Assembly: GCA_965249575.1 (NCBI GenBank)
Contig: OZ252244.1
Coordinates: 2,784,001-2,848,000 of the forward strand
From: Gemmatimonadales bacterium
Lineage (GTDB): Bacteria > Gemmatimonadota > Gemmatimonadetes > Gemmatimonadales > GWC2-71-9
Direction: 5' to 3'
Length of the DNA: 64,000 nt
Shown piece after piece: positions 31,773-41,260 of the stretch. Every line of letters begins with the position of its first letter. The stretch's first letter is position 1. Made by a program: the position numbers and the translations under genes. The notes beneath the pieces are model-generated. The model had not been told where the DNA came from, made no database searches, and was given only the letters and a program-made list of their open reading frames with translations.

Positions 31773-33261
31773 CTACGTGGGGCGTAGTCGCTCGAGCTCC
31801 ATCTTCCTGACGCGCGAAGACAGGGTTCGTCGGCTTCACGCCGAGCAGATCGGCGGCGCCGCCGGGGCCGTAGATCCGCCAGTTCGTTCGCCGCAGCGCG
31901 GCCAACAGGTTCTCGCGCTCGCGACGCCGCAGTTCGGCGTCGGGAATGACTTCGTCGTCCGCATCCGAGTGTCGACGGTCGCTCGTGTGTCGGGGCTCGC
32001 CAGCACCGGGCAGATCGAATCGCAGGTGCCCCCGCCCTCCTCGCTGCGTGATGAGCCCTCGCTCGAGGACGTTCTGAAGCTCCCGCACGTTTCCCGGCCA
32101 ATCGTATTCCTGTAGTGGTCGCATTTCCGCCGTCGTGAGGTGGGGCACCGGGAGGTTGAGCTTGCGTGCGGTCTGCTCGAGGTAGTGCGTCACGAGGCGT
32201 GGAATGTCCTCCGTCCGGTGACGAAGTGGGGCGACCTCGATGGGAAAGACGTTGAGCCGGTAATACAGGTCCTGGCGAAACCGGCCGGCCTCGACCTCGG
32301 CGCGCAAGTCCCGGTTGGTGGCGGCGGTGATTCGCACGTCGACGGTTCGCGTCTTGTCCTCCCCGACGCGCTCGAATTTACCCTCCTGAATCACGCGGAG
32401 GAGCTTGCTCTGCATCTCGAGCGGGATCTCTCCCACCTCGTCGAGAAACAACGTGCCGCCGTCCGCGAGTTGGAAGCGACCGATCCGATCCCGCACCGCC
32501 CCGGTGAACGCACCGCGAACGTGGCCGAAGAACTCGCTCTCGAACAGCTCCCTCGGAATCGACGCACAGTTCACCTTGATCAGCGATTTGTCCTTTCTCC
32601 GACCCAGCGCGTGCACGGCCCGCGCTACGAGTTCCTTGCCGGTTCCCGTTTCCCCCGTGATGACGACGTCGGCTTCGGTGGGCGCGACGGTTTCGACGGC
32701 CGCCAGGACGTTTTGGATGGCAGTCGACTGACCCACGATCTCTGTGAAGTTGTGCTGAGCCTCGAGCTCTTCCTGGAGGTAGACATTCTCGGCTTGGAGC
32801 CGGTCCTTCAGCACCTCGATCTCGTCTAGCGCCAGACGGAGCTCATCCTCCGTCTTCTTGAGTTCCGTGATCTCTTGGCCATACGCCAGAACGTGGGTGA
32901 CGGTGCCGTCGCCACCGAGGACGGGACTGAACGTGCGCACGTAGTTCCGACGCCGCCCCTGCTTGTCCGTCCACACCTCCTCGAACGTGACGGCTTCCTT
33001 GCCGCTGACGCACTGCTCGATGACCGCTTGCCGTCTGTCCGCGATGGCCATCGGATATCGCCGCTTGCGACAGTAGTCATGGTGGGTCTTGCCCAGGACC
33101 CACTCTCGCATCTCAGGATCAGGGATCCCCGACGGTGTGTTGAACAGGAACCGGCCCTCCGGATCGAACACGCCGATCTCGGCCGGGATGTGGTTGAACA
33201 GGCGCCGGTACTGCTCGAGCTCGGTGATCAGGTCCGAGGTCAGCGTTTCGCCAGGTCGCAT
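31773..33261 (-). CDS. PAS-domain sigma54-dependent activator (FhlA/NifA-like), 1-nt frameshift in the final HTH near 31825
   Basis: [31 protein letters not shown]; the corrected frame reads [12 protein letters not shown] and stops at 31773. Confidence 0.9.
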
Positions 33262-33307
33262 GAGTCAGCGTCTCCGCTCCGCAGCAGTCTATCTCAGAGC
33301 CAAGAAA

Positions 33308-33359
33308 ACGAAATTTCGTCAATTGTGTAATGAGAGTTCGTTGCCAACGAAATATCGTT
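33308..33359. promoter_or_regulatory. Two palindromic upstream activator sites ACGAAATTTCGT / ACGAAATATCGT
   Basis: At 33308 and 33347 in the AT-rich gap between the activator and the sigma54 promoter. Confidence 0.65.
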
Positions 33360-33414
33360 TGTGTTTGTATTTCGTAAATAACTATGCCACAACGATTTAC
33401 GGTGCTATGAAGAT

Positions 33415-33430
33415 TGGCCTGTCGGTTGCT
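33415..33430 (+). promoter_or_regulatory. Sigma54 -24/-12 promoter
   Basis: TGGCctgtcggTTGCT with canonical spacing, divergent from the activator. Confidence 0.75.
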
Positions 33431-33491
33431 CTTATCTCAAACCAGCTGAGCCACTAGAGGCTCTCAACGCCAACCGAAAAAGGAGAGAACA

Positions 33492-33860
33492 ATGCCGAGT
33501 ACACAGACCCTCAAAGCGGGTACCGAGCAAGGCGCACTCGCCAGGGCGACCATGAAGGCCGCCGTCATTCGGGAGTTCGGAGACGTCGACGTGCTCCAAT
33601 ACGACGACGTGCCGACCCCACAGCCCAAGCCCGGTCACCTGTTGATCAAGGTGCTGGCGGCTGGGGTGAACCGTTTGGACGACTACATCCGGGCGGGGTC
33701 GATCGCCCCCGAGCTGCCCTTTCCACACATCCTAGGTGCGGACGCAGCCGGCGAGGTCGCGGCAATCGGTGAAGGTGTTATCGGTTTTGAAATCGGTGAG
33801 CGCGTGGTCCCTGCGCCGGGGTTCGCCGTTGACGATGCGGAGGCCACCATACGTCCCACC
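33492..33860 (+). pseudogene. Zn-ADH/quinone oxidoreductase N-terminal (GroES-like) domain, truncated
   Basis: MKAAVIREFGDVDVL..P.P.PG.LLIKV.AAGVNRLD..PHILGADAAG; recognisable similarity ends near 33860. Confidence 0.8.
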
Positions 33861-33941
33861 GGGCGGGTCCGGCCGGGTCCCAGGCCAACACATCGACTCG
33901 TCGCTTCAGCAAGAGCCGCATCGTGCACCGCCGAGCATCAT

Positions 33942-33979
33942 AGAGTGCGCAAGAGTGCGCAAGAGTGCGCAAGAGTGCA
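33942..33979. repeat. 10-bp tandem repeat (AGAGTGCGCA) x ~3.8
   Basis: Seen directly; followed by the near-palindrome cacgtaacattacgtg. Confidence 0.9.
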
Positions 33980-34069
33980 CGTAACATTACGTGTACCGTG
34001 AAGTGCCAAAAACGCAATAGGGGTGAGAGGTTACCGTAGTCTAGTGGTAGGTGGTGTAGCGCAGAGAAT

Positions 34070-34110
34070 CTGAATGGGGTTCAGGGGGTCGCGGGTTCAA
34101 ATCCCGCCGT
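34070..34110 (+). mobile_element. 3' half of tRNA-Pro(GGG), att core copy 3
   Basis: ctgaatGGGgttcagggggtcgcgggttcaaatcccgccgt; interrupted by the mini-element. Confidence 0.85.
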
Positions 34111-34114
34111 GACC

Positions 34115-34191
34115 ACGGGCTCTGCGCTCGCTCCCGGTCGGCGGCTTCGCCGCCTCGCGGTCGCACCGCGTCAAATCCCGCCGTCCCGACT
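34115..34191 (+). repeat. Triple-hairpin mini-element ending in a tRNA-Pro T-loop/acceptor duplicate, copy B
   Basis: Near-identical to 17241-17316. Confidence 0.8.
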
Positions 34192-34199
34192 TCCGAAGT

Positions 34200-34236
34200 G
34201 CCGAGGGAGCAAGGCGTTTGCTCCATCGGCGTTTTT
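34200..34236 (+). terminator. Intrinsic terminator
   Basis: gccgagggagcaa...ttgctccatcggc stem then ttttt. Confidence 0.65.
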
Positions 34237-34237
34237 G

Positions 34238-35160
34238 CTACCCGGCGTGGGGTTGCCGTTCGGGTTGCTGTTTCTCCGGGTCCACGCCCGCGTCGTGCAG
34301 TGGGCGTCGGCTTTCCATCACGGTCCGGAGCGTGTCGTGGTCCGGGTATTGGTAACACTCGAGCAGCGTAGCCACATCCTTCCACCCGCCAGCAGCCGCG
34401 ACATCCTTGAGCGGAAGGTGCTTGCGTTCGGTGGCCCACTTGCGCCGGTACGGGTGCCACCGTCCACCCTCAAGCTTTGGCAATTCCGCCGTCCGCTCCG
34501 CGACGGCGAGCCACTTGTCGAACAGGTGCCGGTCCATCGGGGCCTCCCCGTCGGATTCCCGGGCGAAGACCCATCCGGCGATCGTGCCGAGGCGTGTTCG
34601 AAAGTGACGGACCTCGTGAGCAACCGGGACGGAAGCGGGACCACACTCTCGCGCCGCTTCTTGTCCGCCTCGGCCCGCCACCGAATGGTGGCACGCTCGA
34701 CATCGATGTCCTCCCACCGGAGCTGCCGAATCGCATTCAACCGTCGGCCCGTTCCCTCCGCGAGCACGAGGGCCAACTCCACCTTCATCCAGCGGTGCCG
34801 CTCGACCGCGGTGCGAGTCGTCTCCGCCAACTGCTGCATGGCGTCGCGAGTCTTAGCGAACCGCTCGCAGGTCGCGATCGGTCGCCTCGGGTTGGGCTCC
34901 CGTGGTCGGCGAATGCCTGCCAACGGGTTCTCCTGGAGCCACCGTGTACCGTTCGGCTCGCGCACGGTCGTTGCCCACCGGAGCATCGTGTTGAGCGTCA
35001 CGAGATCGGCGGCGACGGTCTGTGCCCGTACCGGCTTGGTGATCCCGCCCGAGCGACGCTGGATACCACCGGCCCGCCGCGCTGCTTCGTACCGTCGGAC
35101 ATCGTGTTCGGTGAGCGTCGCGACCTCGCAGTCCTCACCAGAGTGGATGACTGGTGGCAT
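34238..35160 (-). pseudogene. Tyrosine integrase, N-terminally truncated, frameshift near 34620
   Basis: GTGRRLNAIRQLRWEDID (R), AEADKKRR (K), WHPYRRKWATE (HxxR), GGWKD..LLECYQ (W, Y); 3' end faces the tRNA-Pro att. Confidence 0.85.
34250..34272. repeat. Direct repeat GGGTTGCYGTT x2 (period 12), arm-type-site-like
   Basis: Copies at 34250 and 34262, overlapping the integrase 3' end. Confidence 0.55.
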
Positions 35161-35292
35161 CGCCGCCCGTCTCCAGGCTTGAAAACGTCACAAGAGTTCA
35201 GAAAAAGGCGAGAAGCCGAATCCGGCTCCAAGACTGTGAGCGCCGGGCGCGAGCCGGTCGTCACGTTGGGACGCCGAACCGGCGGGCCACCG

Positions 35293-36813
35293 TCAGCTCA
35301 GTCCCAGGCGCTCGGCCAATCCGATCCGCTGCACCTTCCCAGTGGGTCCCTTCGGGATCTCCGCGAGGAACATGACCGTGCGCGGTACCTTGAAGTCCGT
35401 GAGGTGTTGGGCGGCGAAGTCATGGATCTCGCGCTCCGTTGCGGCGCCCGGTTCGGTGAGCACGACCGCGGCCGCCACCTCCTCGCCGAGCTTCGCGTGC
35501 GGCATTGCAAACGCCACGGCCTGCGCCACCGCCGGGTGCCGAAGCAGCACCTCGTCCACCTCGAGGGGACTGACCTTCTCACCACCGCGGTTGATGATCT
35601 CCTTGAGGCGCCCAGTCAGGAACAGGTAACCCTCGTCGTCGAGGTATCCCTGATCACCTGTGCGGAACCATCCGTCGCTGAATGCCCCGGCGGTAGCGTC
35701 GGGGTTGTTCTCGTACTCGGTGATCACCGTCGGGCCCCTGATTGCTACCTCGCCCCGCTTTCTGGCGCCCAACAGCCGGCCGTCATCAGCCATGATCGCG
35801 ACGTCGATGCCCGTCCCGCGGCCGACCGAGCCGGGCTTCCGAACACCTGGGGGGAGTGGATTGCTGGCCATTTGATGGGAGGCTTCGGTCATCCCATATG
35901 CCTCGATCATCGGCACCCCGAACACGCGGTCCACTTCCTCGAGGACAACGGTCGGGAGCGATGCGGACGACGATCGGACGAAACGGAGGCGTGACCGGGC
36001 GATCACCTCCTGGTATCTGAAAGCCCGGGATAGAACTATCTGGTGCATGGTTGGAACGGCCGTGAACCACGTGGGCGCTAGCTCGTCGAGCCAGTCGAAG
36101 AACTTGAATGCGTCGAATCCTGGCGTGCAGGCCACCGAGCCCCCGGCTCCGAGCGAAGCCAAGAGTGCCCCGACCAGCCCGTGAATGTGAAAAAGCGGCA
36201 TCACGTTCAGGCAGCGATCTTCTGCGGTCAGCCCCAGGCCAGTCCCGATGTTTCGTGCGGACACCGTCAAATTGCGCTGGCGGAGGGGCACGATCTTGGG
36301 CCGTGAGGTCGTGCCGGACGTGTGCAGTACCAGTGCGACCTCGTCCGGCTGCGCCCAGTCGACCGCGGTGCCCTCGGGAGCCCGTGCCGCCCCCGTCCCC
36401 GTCCCCGCCCCCGAAAAGTCGAGCTTGGGCGCCGTCCCTTCCAGCGACACCCGTAACGTCTCCGGGGCGGCCGCCGCCTCGGCCGCCTCGGCTTCTCCGG
36501 GCAGCGTGACCAGGGCCTTGGCGCACAAGTCCCGCAAGTAGAACCGCAGCTCGTCCTCACGGTATCTCGGGTTGAGCGGCGCTGCGGTCGCGCAGCTCGC
36601 GACGGCCAGGGAAGCGGTCGCCATCGCCTCGCCGTTGGGGAGGACGATTGCCACGCGGTCTTCGCGGCGCACCCCCAAGGCACGAAGCTGCCCGCCCATG
36701 CGTTCGATGGTCGCTCGGAGCTGAGAATAAGTTGTGGGCGCCATCCCCCCGGGTGAGAGCAGTGCGGGAGAGTCGGGGTCGCCGGTTGACAGTAGATCGA
36801 GAATGGTTGTCAT
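35293..36813 (-). CDS. Acyl-CoA synthetase, oxalate-CoA ligase-like
   Basis: LHTSGTTSRPKIVPL, MPLFHIHG, EAYGMTEASHQM, FRTGDQG, PKGPTGK. Confidence 0.9.
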   Translation of the reverse strand: MTTILDLLSTGDPDSPALLSPGGMAPTTYSQLRATIERMGGQLRALGVRREDRVAIVLPNGEAMATASLAVASCATAAPLNPRYREDELRFYLRDLCAKALVTLPGEAEAAEAAAAPETLRVSLEGTAPKLDFSGAGTGTGAARAPEGTAVDWAQPDEVALVLHTSGTTSRPKIVPLRQRNLTVSARNIGTGLGLTAEDRCLNVMPLFHIHGLVGALLASLGAGGSVACTPGFDAFKFFDWLDELAPTWFTAVPTMHQIVLSRAFRYQEVIARSRLRFVRSSSASLPTVVLEEVDRVFGVPMIEAYGMTEASHQMASNPLPPGVRKPGSVGRGTGIDVAIMADDGRLLGARKRGEVAIRGPTVITEYENNPDATAGAFSDGWFRTGDQGYLDDEGYLFLTGRLKEIINRGGEKVSPLEVDEVLLRHPAVAQAVAFAMPHAKLGEEVAAAVVLTEPGAATEREIHDFAAQHLTDFKVPRTVMFLAEIPKGPTGKVQRIGLAERLGLS

Positions 36814-36994
36814 GAGATCAGGTCGATAGGCCGTCCGGTTGACGCTTCACCTGTGTGCGGGGAAAGCTCGGGCGGGAATATACCGTTCGCGTCGGGGGCT
36901 GCTACGGGGGGTGTCGCCCTGCGGTGGCGACTGCGCACGGCCGGGGTTTACTTCGACGCACTGACTGCAACCCGAACGACGTGGAGTCTTAGCC

Positions 36995-38020
36995 ATGCGC
37001 GTTTGCGTCGTTGGTGCCGGTGCCATCGGCGGGTTCATGGGAGTCAAGCTGGCGCTCGCGGGCTCGGAGATGACGCTCATCGCCAGGGGCCCCCATCTGG
37101 CCGCCATCGAGCGAAACGGTCTCAAGCTGGTTCTCGCGGATGGCACGGAGCAGGTAGCGTCCGGCCTCCGGGCGACAAGCGACCTCGAGGCGGCGGGCCC
37201 GCACGACGCCGTCATCCTCGCGCTCAAGGCCCATCAAATCGAGGCCGTGGCCCCGCGGCTGCCCGCCCTGTTTGCCGATGGGGCGGTCGTCGTCACTGTC
37301 CAGAACGGCATACCTTGGTGGTACTTCCAGAGACACGGCGGCCCGCTGGACGGCCGGCGGCTTGAGTCGCTGGATCCCAGGGGGGTGATCGAGGCCGCCA
37401 TCCCCGCCGAGCGGATCATCGGATCCATCGCTTACCCGGCCGCCGAGAAGACCGAGCCCGGCGTGATTCAGCACGTGGAGGGAAATCGTTTTCCCCTGGG
37501 TGAATTGGACGGAGGCAAAACCGAGCGCGTCGAGATGCTGGCGCGACTGTTCACCGACGCGGGTCTCAAGTCGAAGGTTCTGACCGACATTCGATCCCAC
37601 CTTTGGGTCAAGGCGTCGGGAAACCTCGCATTCAATCCGATCAGCGCCCTTACGCGCGCCACACTGGTCGACATCTGTCGCTTTCCCGAGACGCGGGCGT
37701 TGTCCACCGCGATGATGCGGGAAGCGATGGAGATCGCCGAGAAGTTGGGCGTCACTTTCCGGCACACGATCGAGCAGCGAATCGGCGGCGCCGAAAAGGT
37801 CGGAGAGCACAAGACCTCGATGCTCCAGGACCTCGAGGCCGGGCGGACCCTGGAGCTGGACGCCCTGGTTGGCGTGGTCGCTGAGCTGGGTCGTCTCACC
37901 GGCACGGCCACGCCGTCGATCGACGCGACATATGCCTGCGTCAAGCTCCTGGAGCGAACGCAGGGGCTCCCGCCTCCACAAGCGGGTGATGGGCTCAGGC
38001 GCCGAAGAGCGGGAGGTTGA
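36995..38020 (+). CDS. 2-dehydropantoate 2-reductase family (PanE-like; possible oxalyl-CoA reductase)
   Basis: GAGAIGG, QNGIPWWYF, NPISALT, HKTSMLQD. Confidence 0.9.
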   Translation: MRVCVVGAGAIGGFMGVKLALAGSEMTLIARGPHLAAIERNGLKLVLADGTEQVASGLRATSDLEAAGPHDAVILALKAHQIEAVAPRLPALFADGAVVVTVQNGIPWWYFQRHGGPLDGRRLESLDPRGVIEAAIPAERIIGSIAYPAAEKTEPGVIQHVEGNRFPLGELDGGKTERVEMLARLFTDAGLKSKVLTDIRSHLWVKASGNLAFNPISALTRATLVDICRFPETRALSTAMMREAMEIAEKLGVTFRHTIEQRIGGAEKVGEHKTSMLQDLEAGRTLELDALVGVVAELGRLTGTATPSIDATYACVKLLERTQGLPPPQAGDGLRRRRAGG

Positions 38021-39491
38021 AGACCCGTGCCAGGATCAACACGACGGTCAATCCGGTGAACACCACGAGACTTCCCCACCCGAACCAGGCACCGGCCCGG
38101 GATGGATAGAACGCTTTGTCGCTCTTCGGGATGACAGTCAGGCAGTAGTAGAGATTCAAGAAGAAGATGACCGGCGCAATGAAGAACGCCAGAGCGGACG
38201 CGAGGAGAACCAGGAAGACCGGCCTCGGCAGGCCCGCCGTGATGGCCACCGCCGCCACCAACGAATAGAGCATCGTGATCCGATAAATGTTGTACTCGGA
38301 GCACCACGTGCGGCGCTGCTCGCGGGTGAGGTCGTGCTTGTCAGTCCCTTGGAGCGACGCGGTGCTGCGGAAGAGGTTCCGACAACACGCACCGACGATC
38401 CGCGGCCAGCCGTCGAAGTAGTTGAATGCCGTCGAGAACGTGGCGGCGAAGGCTCCTGCCAGGAACACGAACATCATCCACGGCCCGACGCTCTCCGTGA
38501 AGATGCGGCCGATCTCACCCATGACCGCCCGCCCCTCTACTGGGCTCGGATAGAGCCACACCGCGGCCAGCAGGAGAAAGACGCACGCTAGCACGAACGA
38601 GACCACGTGCCCGACTCGAAAGTCCCAAAGAAAGATCGTGAACCATCGGCGGCAGTATTCCTGCACGTTGGCAGGCAGCCTGCTGGTATCCACCGCCAAG
38701 TCTTCCTTGACAGGCTTGAATGGGTCGAATGTGGGGGCGAGACCGGACTGTTCGAGATGAGGACGGACTCTGCCGAGGCCGACTTTCTTCGCTTTACCCC
38801 ACTCCGATCCTTGGAGTGACACGTCGATGCCGGTGGGAAGGAGGCCGAGGAATGCCGCGATGATGAGCCACGATCCAGCTGGGATGTCGATGAGAAAGAA
38901 GTTCTGAGCGGCCGACAGGGGAGCGGGCCGAACGAAGTATACGGCGGCGGTGGCCACGAAGAGGACGGCGGCCAGGATCTTGGTGGACCACTCCACCGTC
39001 TTGTAGCTCCCCGCTAACAGCAACGCAACCGAGACGATTCCGAGCACGAGAGCGTACACGGCGAGAGGGATCTCCCACCCCAGCCAGGCGGAGAACAGGT
39101 AGTACAGCACCGCGGCCGCGGCGATCAGTCTTCCCGCCTGGCCGACGGCGCACTGGAGGAGCGTCGTGACCAGCACGTACCACAGCGGCCACTTCCTCCA
39201 TGCGGTGCCGTAAGCCTCAACGAGGCTCTTGCCGGTGGCCTGGGTGAATCGAAACGCCGTCTCGAAACCGTAGTACTTGAAGATGTACGCAACTGGAATG
39301 CACCAGAGGAGCGCGTAGCCGAACCGGCCGCCGGCGGTGGGAGCCGTGACCAGGTGACTCGTGCCGATGCCGGTCATCATGAGAATGGTGCCCGGTCCGA
39401 AGTACCGGAGCACGGACCAGAGCCGCATGCTCGGCAGCTCGAGCCGGTCGAGGTCGGGCGAGAGGTCGGTCGGCTCCCGGACGTGGCTCAT
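37995..39491 (-). CDS. Nramp-family divalent metal transporter-like protein
   Basis: FGPGTIL..GIGTSHLV..P.AGGRFGY.LLW; ~11 TM. Confidence 0.8.
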   Translation of the reverse strand: MSHVREPTDLSPDLDRLELPSMRLWSVLRYFGPGTILMMTGIGTSHLVTAPTAGGRFGYALLWCIPVAYIFKYYGFETAFRFTQATGKSLVEAYGTAWRKWPLWYVLVTTLLQCAVGQAGRLIAAAAVLYYLFSAWLGWEIPLAVYALVLGIVSVALLLAGSYKTVEWSTKILAAVLFVATAAVYFVRPAPLSAAQNFFLIDIPAGSWLIIAAFLGLLPTGIDVSLQGSEWGKAKKVGLGRVRPHLEQSGLAPTFDPFKPVKEDLAVDTSRLPANVQEYCRRWFTIFLWDFRVGHVVSFVLACVFLLLAAVWLYPSPVEGRAVMGEIGRIFTESVGPWMMFVFLAGAFAATFSTAFNYFDGWPRIVGACCRNLFRSTASLQGTDKHDLTREQRRTWCSEYNIYRITMLYSLVAAVAITAGLPRPVFLVLLASALAFFIAPVIFFLNLYYCLTVIPKSDKAFYPSRAGAWFGWGSLVVFTGLTVVLILARVFNLPLFGA

Positions 39492-39844
39492 CGATAGGTT
39501 CCTCCGCTCTGGTCTGCGGCCCGCCGCTTAGAACCGCTGGATGGGAAGGGAGCAACGTTCGCGCCGGTGACCTGCACTGGCAAGAGCGGCCCGAACTGCC
39601 TCCTTGTGTGACTGCCGCCGCTCGGGCGGGCACGTCTCTCATGCTGCGTGAAGGCGCAGCGGCTTATTCGAATCTCGAGACGCTCGACCACATCTTTACA
39701 CCTTCCCTAAAAATGCGGAAAGCGACAACCCCATGGCCAAGTGCCGGCCCAAACCCCTAATATGGGAGGAGCCTCACGGCCGTTTTCGAGCGGCGGTGCG
39801 GTTTTCGGAGTCATGGACACTCTGAGAAGAAGGAGGGTTTGAGC

Positions 39845-41260
39845 ATGAGCTCCGGGCGCCTCCTGACGGTGGTGGCCATCGTGGCTGGGGCCACAGTCGC
39901 CTCCGCGAGTCGAAGCTACGCCCAAGCTGCCGGTGTGCAGGGGAGCAGGCCGCCGGCCCAGCCTCCGCACAGGGCACCCCAGCCGCCCCGTCCTCCAGGA
40001 GAGCAGAGCAGCCGCAACATGACGGTGTTGTCCCATCTTCCGATGGGTGGATTCCTACGGCTCTCGGACATCGAGTTGGAGCAGGAGCTGTCGCGGCCGT
40101 ACGTCTACGTGTGTAAGCGATTCGTTCCCACCGGCCTCGACATCATCAGCATCAAGGATCCGACTCAGCCCAAGGTCATTTGGTCCTGGGTTATCGAGAA
40201 TGCGGAGCTGCACGAGGGTTCGGGGGCGCTGGACAACAAGTACGTGAAGCGTGCCGGTCGCTACTACGACGTGCAGTCGTTTCAGTTCTCGCCGGGCGGC
40301 CCCGATGCGGATCTCGGCGCGATTATCTGGGACGTGACCGGCCTGCCCGACCCCTCGTCGATCCGCGAGGTCATGCGAATTCGCGTGCCTGAGGCCCCCG
40401 GGGGATTTCACAACATCTTCGCGTACCAGCATTCGAACGGGCAGGCGCTCCTCTTTGCCACGACACAGTCGGAACACGCATACGTCTACGACATCGATCG
40501 GGCAATCAGTGGCGACCCGGAGCAAGGGTTGATCGCCAAGATTCCCGTGCCGCAGACACCAACGAATAACGTGCGCGGCTGGCACGATTTCTATGCGGGG
40601 TACGATCCCCTGACGAGGCGGGACCGCCTGTTCGGTGCGGCGCACGGTGGGTACTACGTCATGGACATCAGCAACCTCGGGGCGCCGCAGCTGCTCGCAT
40701 CGGTTACGGGCGTCGCCGGCGTGAATCGGGGCCACACCTTCACGCCGACGCCCGACGGTCGATTTGCGTTCGGCATGACGGAACCCCACTACCAGTACTC
40801 TGTGGTCAGGTTCTTCGACCTCAAGCCCGCACTCGATGGCGACGTGAAGAACATATCTCGGCCGATCAGCGCCTGGACGGCCAACTGGCGGAACGTCTCG
40901 CACAACCATGAGGTCCGCTGGCCGTACGCCTTCATCGCCGCGTTCGAAGACGGCCTGCAAGTGATCAACATCATGGATCCGGCGAATCCGTATACAGTGG
41001 CGTACTACGATACGTGGGACGGCCCGCACGAGGCCCGCGCCCAGGGCAATCCCAGCATGGGTCCCTGGGGCGTCGACGTGCGGAACGCCGACGGCTTGAT
41101 CGTCGTGAGCGATATCGGCACCGGTCTTTGGACCTTCCGAATGAACGGGTTTGACGGATGGAACGGCAACCAGTGGGGTATGCCCAACCAGTCGAGCGTG
41201 CAAGATTGGGACAACGGACCCGACGGCGCGCCCACGTCGGCTCGCGTGAGTGCGAGATGA
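39845..41260 (+). CDS. Secreted LVIVD-repeat / beta-propeller protein
   Basis: Signal peptide; GFHNIFAY, WHDFY, HNHEVRWPY, GLQVINI.DP.NP..VAYYDT. Confidence 0.8.
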   Translation: MSSGRLLTVVAIVAGATVASASRSYAQAAGVQGSRPPAQPPHRAPQPPRPPGEQSSRNMTVLSHLPMGGFLRLSDIELEQELSRPYVYVCKRFVPTGLDIISIKDPTQPKVIWSWVIENAELHEGSGALDNKYVKRAGRYYDVQSFQFSPGGPDADLGAIIWDVTGLPDPSSIREVMRIRVPEAPGGFHNIFAYQHSNGQALLFATTQSEHAYVYDIDRAISGDPEQGLIAKIPVPQTPTNNVRGWHDFYAGYDPLTRRDRLFGAAHGGYYVMDISNLGAPQLLASVTGVAGVNRGHTFTPTPDGRFAFGMTEPHYQYSVVRFFDLKPALDGDVKNISRPISAWTANWRNVSHNHEVRWPYAFIAAFEDGLQVINIMDPANPYTVAYYDTWDGPHEARAQGNPSMGPWGVDVRNADGLIVVSDIGTGLWTFRMNGFDGWNGNQWGMPNQSSVQDWDNGPDGAPTSARVSAR

